The notes below the pieces were generated by a model that saw only the letters and a list, made by a program, of their open reading frames with translations, was not told the origin of the DNA and did no database searches. Both the position numbers and the translations under genes were made by a program. A stretch of DNA of 58,407 bases, the filler included, from Catajapyx aquilonaris (lineage: Eukaryota), in assembly GCA_000934665.2 (NCBI GenBank). It is 3 parts of 3 records of this genome, joined end to end, with 100 filler letters (N's around TTAATTAATTAA, not from the genome) between each part and the next. Parts side by side here need not be neighbours in the genome. Positions count along the whole stretch, not along the records: positions 1 to 19,269 come from JYFJ02006497.1; 2 more parts are not named here. One strand, written 5' to 3'. Every line of letters begins with the position of its first letter. Position 1 is the stretch's first letter. This document shows, piece by piece, positions 1 to 13,700 of this stretch.

Positions 1-360
1 TGTGTGTGTGTGTGTGTCGTTTCTGTTTTTTTCCCCACCCCGTCTGTAATTTTGGTCCATCTCTATACCACACAAAGTGACATCGATAGAGCTTAAAAAC
101 CCAATGAAGTTCATATCTGTAACTGTTTTCGTTTTCAAATGAAAAGGGTGAGACACTTTGGTCAAAAATGGTGCCTGGGGGGTATCGTTCATTCACATGA
201 ATATGGAAGGAGATTTTATATTTGTCGTTTGTTACAACCAGTCAGTGTTATTACTAAATGTTCAATTTCAATTGATTAGCCTATTAATTTTTGGTTAATG
301 TCGAGATTAGTTCACTGAAAAACACTGAGCATGTAAGAAATTGCATTAATATTTTTCCAG

Positions 361-608
361 GTGTCCCCAGTACGGCTCTCAACATGCAACCTCCATGGAC
401 AGCACACCCAGACTGGCATAACCCTTCTTATCCCCTGCATGAATGTGCGACAGTATATCATATCTGGGACTACCATTGTCAGCAAAGTGGATGGGAGTGC
501 AGGTGATCTGTGGCTTGAAGTGGCTGCCATTCTCCTTGGGCCTGTCTGCATTGAGGTTGCACTGGCCAATGGGACTCTCAGGCCTGACTTACAAATGCTC
601 CAACACGA
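361..608 (+). CDS. tweek: tweek/BLTP1 exon (VSPVRLSTCNLHG...QMLQHE)
   Basis: ttccag acceptor, gtgagt donor, phase 2 matches next exon. Confidence 0.85.
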
Positions 609-1741
609 GTGAGTGGGCATTTTGGTGTCATGTTATAGGGGGGCATGGGGGTGTCATAGTTTAGACCACATCCATCCCACCTCTGATATTTCATACCCTG
701 ATGTGGCAGAGGATACATTCACATGTGTTCAAGTAGGTTTACTTGGCATCATTACATTTCCTACCACTCTCATAAATTAATAGTTACTGTGGTATCATGA
801 TGTAAGTCATGAATTTAAAGAGGGTCCCACTACGATGCTTACGACAACCTTTCCAGTTATTACAGTTCTATGAATTAAAGTACAATTAAATCCTAGCTAC
901 ATCAGTACTCAACTTGTGATCTCAATATTACCCTAACCAATATATTACATCAATTACAGTCATTAAATTGGGTTCCGCTTTCTAATTAAGGGCATGAAAT
1001 TGTCATTTACCATGCTTGAATTTATTTAAAATTATTTCAGGTTTATAAAGAAGCATGACACCAAGACAAAGCGCCTATGGTTCCTGTGGCCTAAAGAAGT
1101 GACCAAAGTGTCAGACAAGGTGCATGGAAAGTGTGGATGTGCTGGAGGATGCACCTTCTTTGGGTCCAATCGCAATGGATTTTTCTTCTTTAGGCCTAGC
1201 AGACAGGATTGGACTGAAGGAGTCAATGTTGCATGCTTCAGGTAAGCTGTACAGTTTATTGCTTAGCATTAAAGCCCCATTTACATGTGAGCAATTTGAC
1301 AAGCGAAGAGGAGCGAAGTCATCGGCGAGTGACGTAACCAGTATTGTTTGAGTTGAAAGTAACAATCAATTTTTGCCTCAAACAATACTGGTTACTCGGG
1401 GGGGGAGACTGAGTGGCGCCGCGGTAACGTGCGCGCCCACGGATGTTAAGGTCCCGGGTTCGATCCCAGCCCGGGGACACCCCCTTCATCTCGTGCAGAG
1501 TTTAGGGCCATCTCTGACTTCGTCTCGGGTGGTATTTCCTATAGACTAAACCACCCAGGGGAGCTCACAAAATGACCACATATGTCATTGCACTGCACTT
1601 GCACATCCCCTCCTGTCATCCTCCCTATCGCTCGCGGTACCCGGGCGTTACGGCAAAAGGACCAACTGTATCAAGCTTGTACAAATTTAAGCATAAATAA
1701 AGGTACTGTGCCGATGCCCTAGGGCGGTGCACTAAACCCCA

Positions 1742-1792
<51 letters not shown>

Positions 1793-4700
1793 CTGGTTAC
1801 TCGGGTTACTCAGTGTTGTTATCGCCGGCAATGACATTGCGCTATCAAATCGCTCACATGTAAACGCACCTTAAGGCCTATTCACACTGATGCTGCTCTT
1901 GTCGTACCTGTTGAATTTGCCATGCCAAGGACCTGTCACACAGACATTGGCTGCATTCCATGAGGAGGGGAGGAGGGAGAATATAAGAAAAGAACAAGTT
2001 AGGATGTGAAGGAAAGTGCATCTTATTTTCTGACTCAAGAAAAGCAGGGAGGGATAAACCACCAGACAGGAGGAATACGGACCCAGCTTTTATAGCAATT
2101 GGAACTAATTCAATTTAAAATATTCCTATCATGTTCTAATTATTACAAGCTGTGGCATCCAATCATGGCAAGGCCCAAGACTTTTGCACTTGGAATAAAG
2201 AACATGAGCATATGTAAGACCGTGTAAGACTGTGTGAACAGATCAGCTTGAATAGAAGCATACTTTTTGCCAGTGCCATGTCACTGAATAAGGTCTTGTG
2301 CTTCTGTTTGAAGCCAGGAAGAAAATAGTGGCAACACTGTTATGTAAACCATTAATGACTTCCTGTATGCCTGTCAAATAGATAACTGGAGAATGGTCTT
2401 AGTAATGAGTCTATCCATGACAGACGGGTGGGAAGGATATATGGGACTGGGTTGTGGTGTGGACGGGGAATAGCAGAAGGTTACCCCAACATTTCTGCAT
2501 GTGACTTCAACATTGAAAAGACTTAGAGCACTTTTAGAGAGGAGGTGTAAATGGGGTCCTAGCCTTGGTCTGGGATTTCGGAAATACATACACAAATTAC
2601 TCAACCATACATGTAAACACGCATTCCACCACATTTCAGCACCAAACTGTCATTCCTCGATAAATTATCACGGGTTCAAAAATCACTCTCAAATTGGAGG
2701 GAAAAAAGGGAGCGTGGTCTATAAGGCTCATTCGGACTCCTGCCATCTCCTTCTTGGGGCCATAAGCGAGGAGCCCTGGGGCGACCCGTATCAGGCAGGC
2801 AGGCACCTGTGCTGAGTCCCAAGAAGGAACGAAGCAGCTCGGATGACAGGTGGAGAGCCAGGAAGTGTCCCTGCCTCATTTAATATCTCTGTCACAGCTG
2901 ATGTCACCCGCATCAACAATGGGCAACAAGGGATAATAAAACCAATTATATCTCAAAAACTAATATGCATTTCTTCAAACAAAAAACGCCAAAATTCATT
3001 TTAAAATACTTACGATTTTTTACTTGGGTTTTCAAAATGTAGGCCAGGGCCCCTTTGTTTTCCAGTGTGAAGAATAATGTACACATGGGTGCTGGGGACT
3101 TATGATTGAAAATTTATCACAGTTCAGGGACAGAATAAATGCTTAGACTATTCAGCAGAAGTTAGTTATTTATATCCCTAAAAGTAACTGCTCAGTATTG
3201 AGCAACTTATAGTGACAAATAATTTCTAACCACCAGGGACATTTCAATTTATACAGGGTGTCCCTAAATGATTGTCAACATTTGAAAGTGGTTTAATTTT
3301 TATTAGTTGCGGTGTGCAATGACGAGACAGACATAGAATGAAAGACCACATTTGGGAGTTTTTATTGCACACACTAGAAGTGCTCAATATGAGCACCTTT
3401 CGTCACACGACATGATAGTCCAATTCTCTACACAGGCCAGCATGTCTGGTGTGATTGATTCCACAGCAGCAACAATCCTGCGTTTCAACTCTCACAGGCT
3501 GGTAGGTAGCCGTGGTATGAAGACCTGGTCCTTTACATATACCCCCAGAGGAAAAAGTCACATGGGGTGATGTCGGGAGACCTTGGCGGCCACTGGAGAA
3601 AAACCTGATCTTGCTGACCGGCATGTCCGATCCGCCGATCCTTGCCCTTGCAAAGGCATTCCGTCGTCTGAAACTTGTGGAACCACCGTTGAATTATTGT
3701 AGGGAGGGGCATAATGTCGTCCGTACTGTTGCCGGAAGGACTGCTGAACAGTAACTACCGAACCAAGCTTTGCAAACTGCAGGACACTGAACGTTTTCTG
3801 TTCGAGAGACACCATTTTGTGGAGTGGCCCTGTGTGCCTCGTGGCAAAGTGCGGAACCAACTTTTCTGTGTGCAATAAAAACTCCCAAATGTGGTCTTTC
3901 GTTCTATGTATGTCTTGTCATTGCACACCGCATCTAATAGAAATTAAACCACTTTCGAATGTTGACAATCATTTAGGGACACCCTGTACATACTGTACAG
4001 TGCCCTGCATTAATGGATATGCACAGACATTGCCACCTGTCCAAGAACGATCGGAATTAGGCGTCGGTGGGCTGCGTCCAAAATACTTGGACAGCTCAAG
4101 ATATCGCGGTGGATACAAACGCTTGCTACAAAGATGGATCACAGCGGATTACAGATATATCTGTGGGATAAATTATAAGGCCATTGCGATTCCTATCAAT
4201 GTATTGAGGTTGTGAACCAGTTATTACACGAACCACGCGAATGGCTGTTAATCCACTGCGATATCTTGAGCTGTCTAGAGCTGTCTTGTGAGCTGTCTTG
4301 ACATTGAAGTATTTTGGACACAGCTCGCTGAGGCCTAGTTCCGCTCATTCCCGCCAGGTGGTGATATCTGTGCATAGCCATTAATGCAGGGTACTGTATT
4401 AATCTGATAAAAGAAAGTTGTCACTTTTTTCCAGCTCTCATCCTTGTAAAAATGACCTTTGTTGTCTTTCCTTTGTCCTTAAGCATTTGGATTATTTCTA
4501 CATTTTATATTTGCAAACCCTTTATGTAATTAATATTTTATAGGATTTTTGAACCTGGCAAAGATCCTGGTTTTGGTCAGAGCATCTTGCGTGAGGGCCA
4601 GTTGGTCTTCTACACTCCTCCATACAACTCAGATGGCACATCATTACTGGATGTTCCATCTGACTGGGAGAGAACAAATCAGCGTAGTCGCACATCTTTC

Positions 4701-7700
4701 ATGGGGAAAGGCTTTCCAAGCAGTGGAGTCAGCGATTCTGGATCCAGTTCATGCATTGGAGAAGCTGTCCAAGTACAAGCAATTACAGATGAGAAGAAGG
4801 AATCACATAGAGCATCTCCAGCCAGTGGGAGTCCTGGAATGGCTCATGCTGCTGCTAGGGTTGGGCGACGCTTCTCATACACGCCTGCACATGTGAGACA
4901 GTCAAAGGAGGTTGGATACACGCGACTGTTGGACAGTCCTAGCTCACTCTGGAAACTAGATAGCGACTCAAGACTGAATGCAGAGCGAGGGAAGGACATA
5001 CTGAGGCCTCCTGATTCAGAGGCACCAAAGAGCAGTAGTTCTGACTCGAAACTTTCTGTGGATTATTTCTCAGCTGCAGTGCAGGTTTGGATTAAATTTG
5101 TTATGTCAGATGGTTGTGATTACACAGGCCAACAAGTTTTATGTTGCATTGATGCCAGCACTTGTTCTTGGCTAATTCAAGTGTGCTGAATCCAAATCTG
5201 ATAGTTTTTCTCTGTAAGCTATAGATTTTCTACAATTTAAAATTTTAGTTTTCACAACATTTTGGCGCCTGTCGCATGATAACATGATCTCTCTGAGGAA
5301 TTTGTGGTCTTACAGTCTTAGAATTAGGCTTAAACAACCATCTTGGTAAAGATATATTCATTTTTTATTCACAAAAAGTCGTAGGTGCATAACAATATGC
5401 ATTAAAGTTTGAAAAAAGTCAAAAAATATCGAAAAAGAATGTCCCAATTTTAAAATCCTATAATAACTCAAAAACTTGTAGACAATCTTTTCCCATAGGT
5501 GATGGATATACCTGATCTTTTCACCATACATGTATCTCCACAAAAATGTCCATCGGGGTAAGATCTGGGCTTCTGGGGGGGCTAGGCACTGGGAAAATTC
5601 TCTAACGACTTCGCACACTGGGAGGCTGAACAAGTGAAACTTTCCTGCGGCAGGATTGTTTGTATGAGGCTACTTTTCATGTGCATCATCAAGAACAATG
5701 TTTGTGGTGTAAAGGCCAGTCATCTTCCAGCACCTACGGGTTAGAATCACAGCAGTATCTCCAGATATGATTGAGCGGGTTTGGCTCGAGACCGGGTCCG
5801 GTCTTTTTAATTTCTCAAGTGACAAATGAAGCTCATATCGAAACAAACTAATGTGAAACTGGGGAGGTGTGGTGGCCGAGATATGGTAACGTCTCGGCTT
5901 GCTGAGTGAAAGGCCCCAGGTTTGATCCCCGCCTGGGGAACTTCCTTTCACCTGCGTCGGAAGGGTCTCTGACCTGCACCTTGGAGGTGTCTGGCAACCT
6001 AACCTCCTGGGGGACTGCACATGGCCCAAAGGTTTCATGACATTGCACCTGCACAAGTATCCCCTCCCCAACAATCCCTATCCTTTCCCAATGTCCCTGT
6101 TTCCCTGCACCGGAGAATGAAGAAAAAATTGTAAAAACACTAGAAAACTGATGGTGGTCTGCCACCCCCCTAAAATAGCTTACGGCTGTATCACGGGGTA
6201 AAAAATAAAAACAATAAAAACTGTGAGACCAAAACTTTTAACATTTCTAAACATTTCAAAACTTAAATCATTTAGATATGTCTGCAAGTTTTCGACTTAT
6301 AGGGTTTTAAAATTGGGACATTATTTTTCAATATTTTTTTACTTTTTTCAAACTGTAATGCATGTTGTGATGCTTGAAAACATTTACCATCAGTACTTAA
6401 TGCCTTCACAAACTGATTCATCATCCCGAGCTTGATACGGTAGCTCCAAGCCTAATTCTAAAGCTATCCCCAGTGTCAACAGCAATGGGTGCCCTTTTTT
6501 CCCTGAACATCACAAGTTTCAAATTGCATGAAAACTAGAGCATGTAGAGGAAAAACGATTTCAGAATTGAAATCAGCGTTGAAAAATACTTAGAATCAGT
6601 TGAAAAATCTCGTGCAACAGAAAGATTTTTTTTTTGTTGGCCAGTGTTATCAGAGAATGCACCTGAGTTATGCATGTGTGACATGGACATGGGAATATGA
6701 CTTTGTATTTTTTGTAATACTTAATAGGAAAGATCACATGTTAGCAATTTTAGCTGTCGATATTTATCTGGGGAGGTTAATGTGATTTTATGATGCTCAT
6801 GCATTAGCTTCTTGATATGTATTTCAAATGATGAATTACTTACTCTCCTTTATACAGACCACACAAGCAGTGATTCCACCTGAGAGATCATCCATATCTT
6901 CTGATGTTCCACCCCGCATTCCACCTCCAAGTTCTGGGGCTAGCAGTGTAAAACGTCTCTCTGTTACCCTTGACTTGACCTCTGAGCAGAAACATCATCG
7001 GTTGGTCACTCGGACCACATCCATCGGAAGTGAAAACCAGTCAGAAGCCTTCCTGTCTGCAGAAGAAGACACCAGTTCTCTCAAGCAGGAGGTGAAAGAA
7101 ACAGAGGGTGAGGAGGAGCTTGCTTTGGGGAGGGATGATGCCAAGAGATTTGTGAGTGAGACTAGTATACCCTGTGGTACCGAGTCACCTGCGGGCAGAA
7201 AAGGATTGCCTAGCCACAGGAGTGATCATGAGATTCACACACCTGAACACAGAGGAGGAGGTGAGGTGTTGGGACTGGAACGGAAAGCAGAGAGTCTCAG
7301 TGCATCTGTGCAGAAAAGTGGTGTGGATGGAGAATTCCCACTTCATCGTGTCAAAGAGAAGGTATGCTTCTCTAAATAATTCATTCCCCAGTTCCCATTT
7401 TCTCCCTATCGTCTGCTACAAGTTATCCAATATTTCTTGCCTACACAAAGTCAGTTAAATAATCAGGATTTCTCTAAGATGTGTTCTCTTTTCCTTGAAC
7501 CACCCAGTGGTATGCCTACCTGAGAAAAAATTAGTAATAAACCTACTTATAAGGTGAAATATGCATTGTGATTGATACTGCAGTTGTGAAAAGAAGGTCC
7601 TGCCATGATCAACTGGAGTAATTACATCTAAGATATGTGGCCTGCATATCTGCAAGGCTGATATGCTAGAAATCAGTGACATATATGCCAATAAAATCTT

Positions 7701-10700
7701 TGGGACACCTCATTGCAAGAGAATGCATGTCAAGGTAAAATTTCTAATAAAAATGATTGCAAGTAAAATTTACTATGGCCACCGCACGACCCCCCGGAAA
7801 AGGCTTTGTGATCCACTGCTCTAACTCATTCTTGTTTATTTGCAGGAAGATTCCCCGGAGGATTCTGAGTCCAACTCTTTATCGAGTGTGGCCTCATATT
7901 TGACAGCCATGTCGTCTCAAGAGGATCTTACTCTTGTTAATCTGCACATGCAAGTTAACAAACCCATTACGGAGTCTCCCTTACTGATGTCTGGCTATAC
8001 CAATCACATGACCCAGATACTTTGTCACAACTGGGAGGTGACTCCTCCAGTATTGGCTTACGATGCTATAGGACTTGCCCCTTTTGTGCGTCATAAAAGT
8101 GGGAAATTACTCTATGCTGGGTCCAAGTATGTCCCATCTTTTGAGCCCATACTGGAGGGTTTCACAAACCTGATGATGATTGAGAGGCCTGGGGAAGGTA
8201 GCACAAGGACACCATTGGCAGGCACAACACAGACTCCATCACATCCATATTTTTGGGATTCTCCTATCATCAACAGCAGTGACATGAAACCCAAGGATGA
8301 ACAAAGTGGGGAGGAGATGGTGACTTTGCTTGGGGATCAGAATGCTGATTGCATTACCATCATGGTGCGCTCTAAGGGAGATGTTAATATTATGGTGTCA
8401 CCACTTATGCTTGAGTCTCTTCAAAGGTGAGAATCCTTTGGTGATTCAGTTGTATATATATATTACGACCTCTGTTCTTCAGAAACTCATTTTATAGTCA
8501 CATTTGCATTGTTTCTCAATTCATTATGTTGAGGTAATTATGGCCAATCTCCAAGTTTTGTTTTCCGTAGAAAAAGTCATCATATCTGTTTCATATAGAT
8601 TTTCTACAGTATGTTGACACTTTCTAGAGATATTTTACAAAAACAGGGTGTCATGGTGAGCAGATCACTCTGGATTAACCTGTGGTGTGCTCTATCACAA
8701 TAGTGATGTGATGGTAAATATAGGGTCATCGAAAAAGAATTCTCTGATTTTAAAACCCTATAACGTGAAAACTTGTCGACATATCTTAATGATTTAAGTT
8801 TTGAAATGATAAGAAATGTCTGAAGTTTTGGTCTCACCTTCGTTTGTTTCGATAAGAGCTTTATTTGTCACTAGGTAGATAAAAAAGATGGCATTCCATC
8901 TCATGCCACACCCACTCAATCATATCTGGAGTCATGCAGTCATATCCTGTAGGTGCACATAAAAAGTTGCCTCATCCATGAAACAAACCTGCTGTAGGAA
9001 AGTTTCATTTGTTCAGCATCCCAGTGTGCGAAGTCTTGAATGAGAAGTTTCCCCATATCTAGCCCCTCCAGAAGCCCAGATCTTACCCCGATGAACTTTT
9101 TTGTGGAGATACATGTACGGTGAAAAGATCTGGTATCACCAGCACCTATGGGATAGGATCACAATGGTGACTCCAGACATGTCTGACCGGGTTAGGCAGG
9201 ACACCTATTACTGTATTTACATTTTCCAAGCGACAAATGGAGCTTATATCGAAACAACTATGGTAAGACCAAAACTTAAGACACTTCTTAGAATTTTAAA
9301 ACTTAAATCATTAAGTTATTTCTTCAAGTTTTCGAGTTATAGGGTTTTAAAAGCCGAGCATTCTTTTTCGATGACTCTGTACAGTATGAGGAACCTTATG
9401 ATGAGTGATGCAGTAGCTGGGATTATGTTATATATGACTATTCTTTTGTTCCAGGTTTGTGGAAGCTATAACCCCAACCCTTGCCACCCTTCATCCTCTG
9501 ACTGTTGTGAACCATCTCCATGCGTCATGCATTGCCCATGTGGAGGCAAACAATGTCCTAAAGAAGGAAAAGTCCTTGCACCTTACCCAACTGCAGGCAA
9601 GCAAACGTAACACTGCCTCAAAGGACAACAATGGCCCCGACTCTTTACAGTCCAACATCCATGAAGAATGTGTCCTGTCACGAGTGGAGGGTGGTATTTC
9701 TATTCCCAAAATCAATGTGACATTGCTACAAGCATCAGTTGTTGAAGAAATAATATCATTTTCTGCACTCGACAATGTCAGAGACTTGACATGTGTGTCA
9801 TTGCTAGCTGTCAGCCTAGACACAGTGTCCTTCAACTTCTGTTCAGGCCAGCAGGTGAAGAGGTCATTACAGACCATTCACAGACCAGCTGCCCTTCCCA
9901 AGCAGCAGAAGAAGACAAAGAAGAGCATGCAAGCAGAGGTGTTGCTAGGTGAAGTTGTGCTGATTGAGAGTGTAGAGCCATTGCATGAGGAAATGATTGT
10001 TTCGGCCAATGTTGGACGCATACACACGCAACTGCGAAGGCTCAAGAATGACAGCTCTATACTTAAGGATGCATACATAACAGCCATACCACATCATTCA
10101 TCCAAGGTGAGCTTTCACCTTAAAGTTATGAGCTGTAAATTAGATCCTTATTTTTTCTTGGTTTCAAGGTGCTGTTCAAACTGGCCAAGGTCCCGAGTGG
10201 TGTGAGTGTTGGAGAAAAGAAAGAGGAGCGCAAAGATTCATATGGCAGGGAACCAAACTTGCAACAGTTCTTCCAGGAATGCAAAGAGGGAAAACTGGGA
10301 TTTATTATGTTTGAGTGTGGTCTGGAAGGTGCTGTGTTGAAGGCTGTGAAACGTGTTGGAGGTGATGGAGAAAAAGAGGAAACTGACACGAACATTGCAA
10401 AAGACGAAGAGGCACCAATTGGTAACCATGTGGATGACCAGAAATCAGAGAAGCAGTCAACAGAGAGTGCAAAGGACCTGGCAAGTGAACTGGCAAAGGA
10501 GTTCAAAGGGGGGATGTCATCCTGTGCTATAGAACTGGCAACAGTGTGGTTCAACTTTGCTGCCCCACCACAAACCCCCATCACCAGAAAGATTGACTTT
10601 ACTAGGTTGGATTGGAACCTGCTAAGCACAGCATCCACTGCTTTTAATGCCTGGATGAATCCAAGCCACAGGGTCACAATGAAGACTATTGATATGCTAA

Positions 10701-13700
10701 GGTGCATGGTCAGAAGGTCCACTGGGATAATGGCATCCTTGATGGCAGAGGCATTGGAGGTACCTCGCATTCACCTGCCCATAAAGGTATTGGCATTTCA
10801 CTGTTACTCATATTTTCTGGGAACCAGGTAACTGGTTCATATCAAATAATATTTTAAGGGCTGGCTTGAACTAATTTAATGGTGCACTATTTACAGGTGT
10901 TTGAATCCGATTGCATTAAAGTCAATTATACAATTCCACAGTGTTACATCGAAATCCAGTTATCAGTTACGTTGTTTCAACACAGGCCTGGCTGAAAACC
11001 AGCCTTATGGGTCTTAATTTAGCTGCTACATTGTGCCAATTGTGAGTCACCTAGCCCGCACCCAGGGACTGATTAATGTGTCTGTTCGAGATGCTCTGCT
11101 TTTATACTGGACTGTGCCTGACAATATGAGGAAATCCTCGTATTGCACAAGCAAATTCAGCTTGTTGTGCCTAATGTGGCAATACAAATACGCATTTGAC
11201 TTTTGAAGATAGGGGTTTGCCAAATCCACATATAACATCACATTATTTCCTGCAGGGTGTGTTTGTGTGTATATAAAATCATTGCATAGGATGGGTAGTT
11301 GTTCACTTGAATTTAGATTGAGTTTCATGTGAAATGTAAGCAAATTCCCTCTACCACCAATTTCAATTCAACAGAGCAAATACGGTCGTCTTACGCCACT
11401 TGCCAAGACACTTCAAGAGGAGCCTAGCTGCCAACTATGCACTGTCCTCCAGCGTTTTGTATCAGAGACAGATATGGCCACCATAGAGGCCTACCTGGTG
11501 GAAGTAGAGCTTCCACAGATCTCAACCCTGAGGCAGGGAGTGATTGTGCTGAGCAGGCAGTGGAAGAATGTCCTATACACTCCTTTACTGCTTGAGCACA
11601 ACTTCCGGATCAGGAAGTCCAAACCACCAGTTAATGTCACCTTCACCATTCCACAGAGTGATGAGGTTAGTTGTGCAACTGTCTGTTGTTACTGCATAAT
11701 GATTGTGTACTGTTAGGGCCATTTAGTAGTGAGTTATGACTATAGTTTGACTACCAGATAGGGATGGTGTCACATTACCCTGAATATAAATAATTTTTAA
11801 AATGTAATTAAGTTTGACTGTAAGTAAATTGAAATAATTTCTTAATCACTTTTGTGTCGAGCGATTAAGGGTAGTAAAATTAGTGCATCCTGCAAAGTTG
11901 CAGACACAAATCTCATGCAAGAGATCATTAAAATGTAAATCACTGTAGCCCACAAGTCACCCCTTTGTGGGAGTACCTGCAGCCAGGTTGAGGGGGTGAT
12001 TGGCCCTGTTGTCGACACAATCTACATGAAGTAATTAATGTCAATTTTATGTAGATTCTGTTGACTGTGACAACAGGGCCAGTCCGGTTGGGACTTATCA
12101 CAATTCCAGTGTTATATTCCAGTCAGATTCTCGCAATTTATGCAAGCCTCAACTTGTGCAAGAAGTTTTAGAGAGAAGTTTTATCATTTTTTCTCCACCA
12201 AATGTTCTATTGTTGCTGGTGACAACTTTGACAATACCACCCCATAATAGGGTTACAATGAAGTGGCAATTTAAGGAATTCATCCAAATGATGTGTTGCC
12301 ACGAGGTAAAATATACATAATAAAACTCGATGCATTTTAGGAGGGTGGTGAGAATCAGATGGACTGGGAAGGTTCAGCAGAGGAATGCGAAACCACTGAT
12401 GAAAAGACCATGTTGCTTGATGCTGAAGGAGGTTCTATTCAGACAGGACGTGGGAAAGGTATGTTGAATATGATTTCTTAAAATTAACTTGCACACAGTT
12501 CAGTTGTAGGGGTGGTAATAATAATAATACTCTACAGGTATGAAATCTGACAGCAGCTCAGGACATGTGAGTGAAGATGAAGTGACCGAGTTTTTTCTTG
12601 GCTCGGAATCAACCAGCCAGGCTCAGAAGCAAAGAAAACGCCTTCCCTCTCATCCTCCTTGCTCCTCCAGAGCCAGTGTAGTCTTCCCAATAGCCAGCAA
12701 CTCATTTAGCTCTGCTCGCCGTATGGATTGCCAGCCCACCGCAGCAACTGCCCACCAATTCAGTGACCAGAGCCTCAACCTGATCCATCCACAGTTTCGG
12801 CATTATGAATCTAACCTCAGCCTTGCATCAGGTATGGCAACTCACTCCGCATCGAGCGTGGATCACAACGTTCCCACTTCGGCATCTGGCACCCCTAGAA
12901 GATGGCAGTTCTCTGAAGCCCCGGATGGGGAGGATCTTTATAACTGGATGGCTCGACAGCAGGATTTTATGAGAAGGAGAGCCTCTTATAAGAAGACTAT
13001 CAGTGACCATGTGGTAAGCATCACAGTAACTGCTTGAAATTCTCTACACTGGCATGCATTTTGATCTTATGTGAAATTTCTAGAATGCAGTAATATACAT
13101 ATTTTAAATGTTATTATGGGGTGTCTTAGCGGCGTATAGTTTATGCTTCTACCTTCCACCTCTGAGGTCATGAGTTCCATTATTGAATCAGATAGTGGAT
13201 TTCACATGTGAAAGGTTCTTGCCAACACGCTTCAATTGCCTTACATTGTTTTTGCTAGCTGAACTCTGTTTTTTGGCATGGTCAGCACTTCAGTTCAAAA
13301 TGACCCAGTAGGAGAGATGATAATAGATTAGGGAAAATTAAAGGCCCTCTATGGGGCCACAGGCCTAGCAAAGGGTATCTTATTAATATCTGATTAATGA
13401 AGGGTTGCTACATTTATCTGATGCGGGTTCTTTTCATTTACTTTTCAGGAATCTAAAATCAATACTCTTACAACAGAGCAGAGTCAGGAAGAGAGTTGGC
13501 TCCATGGAACACACTCCTACTTTCTACTCAGTTCCTCACTGCAAGTCCTAGATGCACATGTCATATTTAAGCCTTTGCTGACCAGCCTGGGACTCATGCC
13601 ACACCAGATCAAGGGCTCCTCCTTTGAGAACTGGAGCTCAAACATGTCAATTACATCAAGTGTGGACATCATGCGTATTGATATTGTGGAGAGTGAGGCG

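Noticed and set aside
1401..1480. tRNA gene (also heads at 5861, 15349, 39751, 51839, 52710, 56230)
   Set aside because: A and B boxes are present, but each continues into a SINE body with a tail and usually a TSD; no complete cloverleaf
1625..1837. Poly-Asn ORF
   Set aside because: Antisense reading of the SINE (ATT)n tail
9491..10770. Minus-strand ORFs of 128 and 214 aa
   Set aside because: Antisense shadows of tweek exons
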